Assembly: GCA_965198175.1 (NCBI GenBank)
Contig: OZ240245.1
Location: 2,816,001-2,880,000, forward strand
DNA: 64,000 nt
From: Candidatus Poribacteria bacterium
GTDB taxonomy: Bacteria > Poribacteria > WGA-4E > PCPOR2b
Reading direction: 5' to 3'
Shown piece after piece: positions 61,562-64,000 of this stretch. The notes below the pieces were generated by a model. It saw only the letters and a program-made list of their open reading frames with translations, ran no database searches and was not told the origin of the DNA. The position numbers and the translations under genes were made by a program. How positions within the stretch are numbered: position 1 is the first letter of the stretch; every line of letters starts with the position of its first letter.

Positions 61562-62755
61562 TTAGAGCCATCCCGCAAGTATCAGATGCCTCAATTCCAG
61601 TAGTAAGCGTGGTTGATGTTTCAATACAGTCTTGAAAATCTGCGTCATGTTGACCTTTTCAGGAGGCATCTTTGACACTACCTCTGCGCACTTGTCAAAA
61701 AGGTCATCACTGAACTTGAGCACGCCATCTCGGATGCGACAGATGTGTTTGAAGTTCCTGCCAATTTCCTTGTCCCACCGTTTTTGATACGCGCTTAAAG
61801 CCTTTGTGGACAAATCTCCGATTCGGACAGCTTCCACCGTGGCTTCGGCGGCAAATTGCCCAGAGTACATTGCATTTGCAACCCCGCCACCAGAAATTGG
61901 ATCGCTATGGTGTGCTGCATCGCCAATAAGCGCGATTCCATCACCGACAATCTTGGGCAGGCTATTCCCCACCGGCACACAACCGACAACCTGCGCGAGA
62001 ATTTTTCCGTGTGGAAATTTTCGTTTGACGAATTCATTAAGATAATCAATGGCGAGTTTTCCTCCCTTGCCTGAGATAGTCCCACCAATTCCGATGCCGA
62101 CGTTTGCGATGTCATCTCCTTTTGGGAAAACCCAAGCGTATCCTCGTGGAGCAAGTTCCCGCCCAACATAAAAATCGCAGAAGTCAGGAATAATGTCAAT
62201 TTTACAGATTAGGTATTGGGCGCAAATGTCCACATCCCGTAAATCGTGTGTGCTATCTATGCCCGCCCACCGCGCCACTTGTGATTCAATTCCATCGGCG
62301 GCAATCACAACTTTCGCCTTGCAGGAGTAGTCACGTCCGAAATAACGGAAAATCACCCCGTTGACGAAACCGTCATCCGACTTGGTAACGCCGGTCGCCC
62401 TTGCTTTAACGATAATATCGGCACCAGCATCGGCTGCCATTTCCGATAGGACACGATCGAAGACTTTGCGTTCTAGAACATAGCCAGCACCGGAGAAATG
62501 GATTGTCGCGGCGGTTTCGTTAGGAGAAAAGATTCGAGCGCCGTTAATTTCACGCGAGACCCACGCCGGGTCGGGCTGAATAAACTCGCACAGCGACGCT
62601 GTGCCAATCCCCTCCGCTCAGCGGACCGGTGCACCGATTTCCTGGCGTTTTTCCAACAATAAGACACGCAAGTCATTTTCAGCGGCTACTTTTGCTGCAA
62701 TCGCACCCCCAGGACCGGCACCGACAACAATGACATCATACTCCGAGTGAACCAT
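61562..62755 (-). CDS. Digeranylgeranylglycerophospholipid reductase-like GGR, 397 aa, with in-frame UGA at codon 46 (candidate selenocysteine)
   Basis: [17 protein letters not shown]...[11 protein letters not shown][UGA]AEGIG...ERKVFD...ADG.ES...[11 protein letters not shown]...GDAA...PISGGG; the ORF track has only the C-terminal 292 aa. Confidence 0.88.
62578..62617 (-). promoter_or_regulatory. Candidate bacterial SECIS element
   Basis: GCACAGC-GUC-GCUGUGC hairpin starting 13 nt after the UGA, with a GU-starting loop 20 nt after it. Confidence 0.7.
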
Positions 62756-62973
62756 TAAAAAAGTCCTCGTCCTTCGTAAGCTGGGTAATACACCTTACCG
62801 TTTCGTTCTAATGCAAGCACCCCTACTGGACAACCTTTGACACATCGCGCACAGTCAGTACACTTGGATTGGTCAATTTTCAGATAGATGTCGATGAGAT
62901 CGATGATATTCTCAGGGCAGACGGCAACACAAGCCCCGCAATAGCTACAGAGTTCTTCGTTAATAAGAATCAT
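62755..62973 (-). CDS. 2x[4Fe-4S] ferredoxin
   Basis: [12 protein letters not shown] and [12 protein letters not shown]; stop overlaps the GGR start (TAATG). Confidence 0.92.
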   Translation of the reverse strand: MILINEELCSYCGACVAVCPENIIDLIDIYLKIDQSKCTDCARCVKGCPVGVLALERNGKVYYPAYEGRGLF

Positions 62974-63075
62974 CGTAAGTCTTTCTCCCTTGAGAACGCG
63001 ATTTCTACGGCGTGAGTTTCCTGATCTGCAGGCTCATCAAAGTTCAAACGGGCTAACCTGCTTTCTCATCATAAG

Positions 63076-63906
63076 CTATCGAAGTTCGTCTTCCCCGTGA
63101 AGGCCCCGATGACAGGCGAGTTCATAGAGTATGATTCCAGTGGCAACCGCAACGTTCAAGGAGGATTGCCCCGGCGCCATAGGAATCTTAACGAGATTGG
63201 TGCAGAGTTCGAGAATCTCTTCCCGGATTCCTTCGTTTTCATTTCCCACGACAAGAGCCAAGGGCGCGGCAAGTTCAAAATCATACAGATTCTTGTTTGC
63301 CCTAGCAGTGGCGCCGAGAATTTCGAAACCTGCGGCAATCAACTGACGAAAATAGACCTCCGGCGACTCACAATACGCCAAGGAGCTACGTCCAACAGCC
63401 CCTCTTGCAGCCCTAACACAGTTCTTATGAAAAGGGCTTGCACCTTCTCCGATGAACACGACGCTATCAACTGCCGCCGCTTCGGCGGTTCGCAGAACCA
63501 TCCCAAGGTTATCTGGATTGGCGATACTATCAGCAATGAGCAGCGCACTCCCAGCCGACAAGTCAAGATCTACTGCGTTCTGGTAATTCATCCGAACAGA
63601 AGCAATTACGGCTGGAACAGGTCTAGTGGTGCTAATCGTTCCCATCAGTCCAGAACTAACCTCATAAGCTACGAAGTTTGCTACAACTGCTCTATCCAGA
63701 AATGCAGGTCCTTGGTCATTCGCCAACAGGTCGGGGGTATAGAGGATTCTGTCAACCGGTAACTTGTCATGAACCGCACGTTCAACGAGTGTCAAACCTT
63801 CAACCACAAATCTCAACTCCTTGAATCTCCCTTTTAAAGAGCTGAGTTCCCGAAATTCAGAAATAATGGGATGCTTTTTACTGTGGACAACCGTTCCGTT
63901 CGCCAT
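63076..63906 (-). CDS. TrmH/SpoU family RNA 2'-O-methyltransferase
   Basis: NPDNLGMVLRTA, VVGNENEG, IPM...SSLNVAVA. Confidence 0.92.
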   Translation of the reverse strand: MANGTVVHSKKHPIISEFRELSSLKGRFKELRFVVEGLTLVERAVHDKLPVDRILYTPDLLANDQGPAFLDRAVVANFVAYEVSSGLMGTISTTRPVPAVIASVRMNYQNAVDLDLSAGSALLIADSIANPDNLGMVLRTAEAAAVDSVVFIGEGASPFHKNCVRAARGAVGRSSLAYCESPEVYFRQLIAAGFEILGATARANKNLYDFELAAPLALVVGNENEGIREEILELCTNLVKIPMAPGQSSLNVAVATGIILYELACHRGLHGEDELR

Positions 63907-63912
63907 TTCTGT

Positions 63913-63999
63913 TTATTGGGACGATCCAAGGTAGATGGCGCCCAATCCAATGAAAATATCCCACTTCATCCATCTTTGAATCCTTGCACTATTGGCTCT
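63913..63999 (-). CDS. C-terminal fragment of a membrane protein, possibly UbiA-family DGGGP synthase (partial)
   Basis: RANSARIQRWMKWDIFIGLGAIYLGSSQ-stop, ending 6 nt before the trmH start; only 28 aa visible. Confidence 0.45.
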   Translation of the reverse strand, partial: RANSARIQRWMKWDIFIGLGAIYLGSSQ

Positions 64000-64000
64000 G

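Noticed and set aside
61562..62440. 292-aa ORF as the complete reductase
   Set aside because: It lacks the N-terminal FAD-binding GxGxxG, which lies in frame upstream of the UGA.
1..64000. tRNA, rRNA and Sec machinery genes (selA/B/C/D)
   Set aside because: None recognised by eye in this window; a covariance-model scan would be needed to exclude tRNA-Sec.

Overview
Bacterial chromosomal window, standard genetic code. The many PhyH dioxygenases, LamG, PD40/TolB, TPR and ASPIC/UnbV proteins, plus a shared C-terminal W-G-x-I/M-K tail, suggest Candidatus Poribacteria or a relative (inference). Left part: metabolic genes, an nfeD-nfeD-floA-floA operon, an orphan RND transporter, a HAL2-type phosphatase, an atypical GH32 with a DeoC-like aldolase, and a + strand LamG/PhyH/TPR/CRTAC1/sialidase array. 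Middle (about 32.3-46.5 kb): an accessory region with a Type III restriction-modification system (mod frameshifted), an HTH-IrrE/DUF4411 pair, duplicated SHOCT genes and a tyrosine recombinase with a candidate dif-like site. Right part: a TolB-like array, hrcA-grpE-dnaK-dnaJ with a perfect CIRCE, and an archaeal-type isoprenoid ether lipid cluster (probable DGGGP synthase tail, ferredoxin, geranylgeranyl reductase, group II GGGP synthase). The main finding is that the reductase has an in-frame UGA at the conserved active-site Cys position followed by a bacterial SECIS-like hairpin, making it a candidate selenocysteine-containing geranylgeranyl reductase. All calls come from reading motifs by eye; no database search was run.
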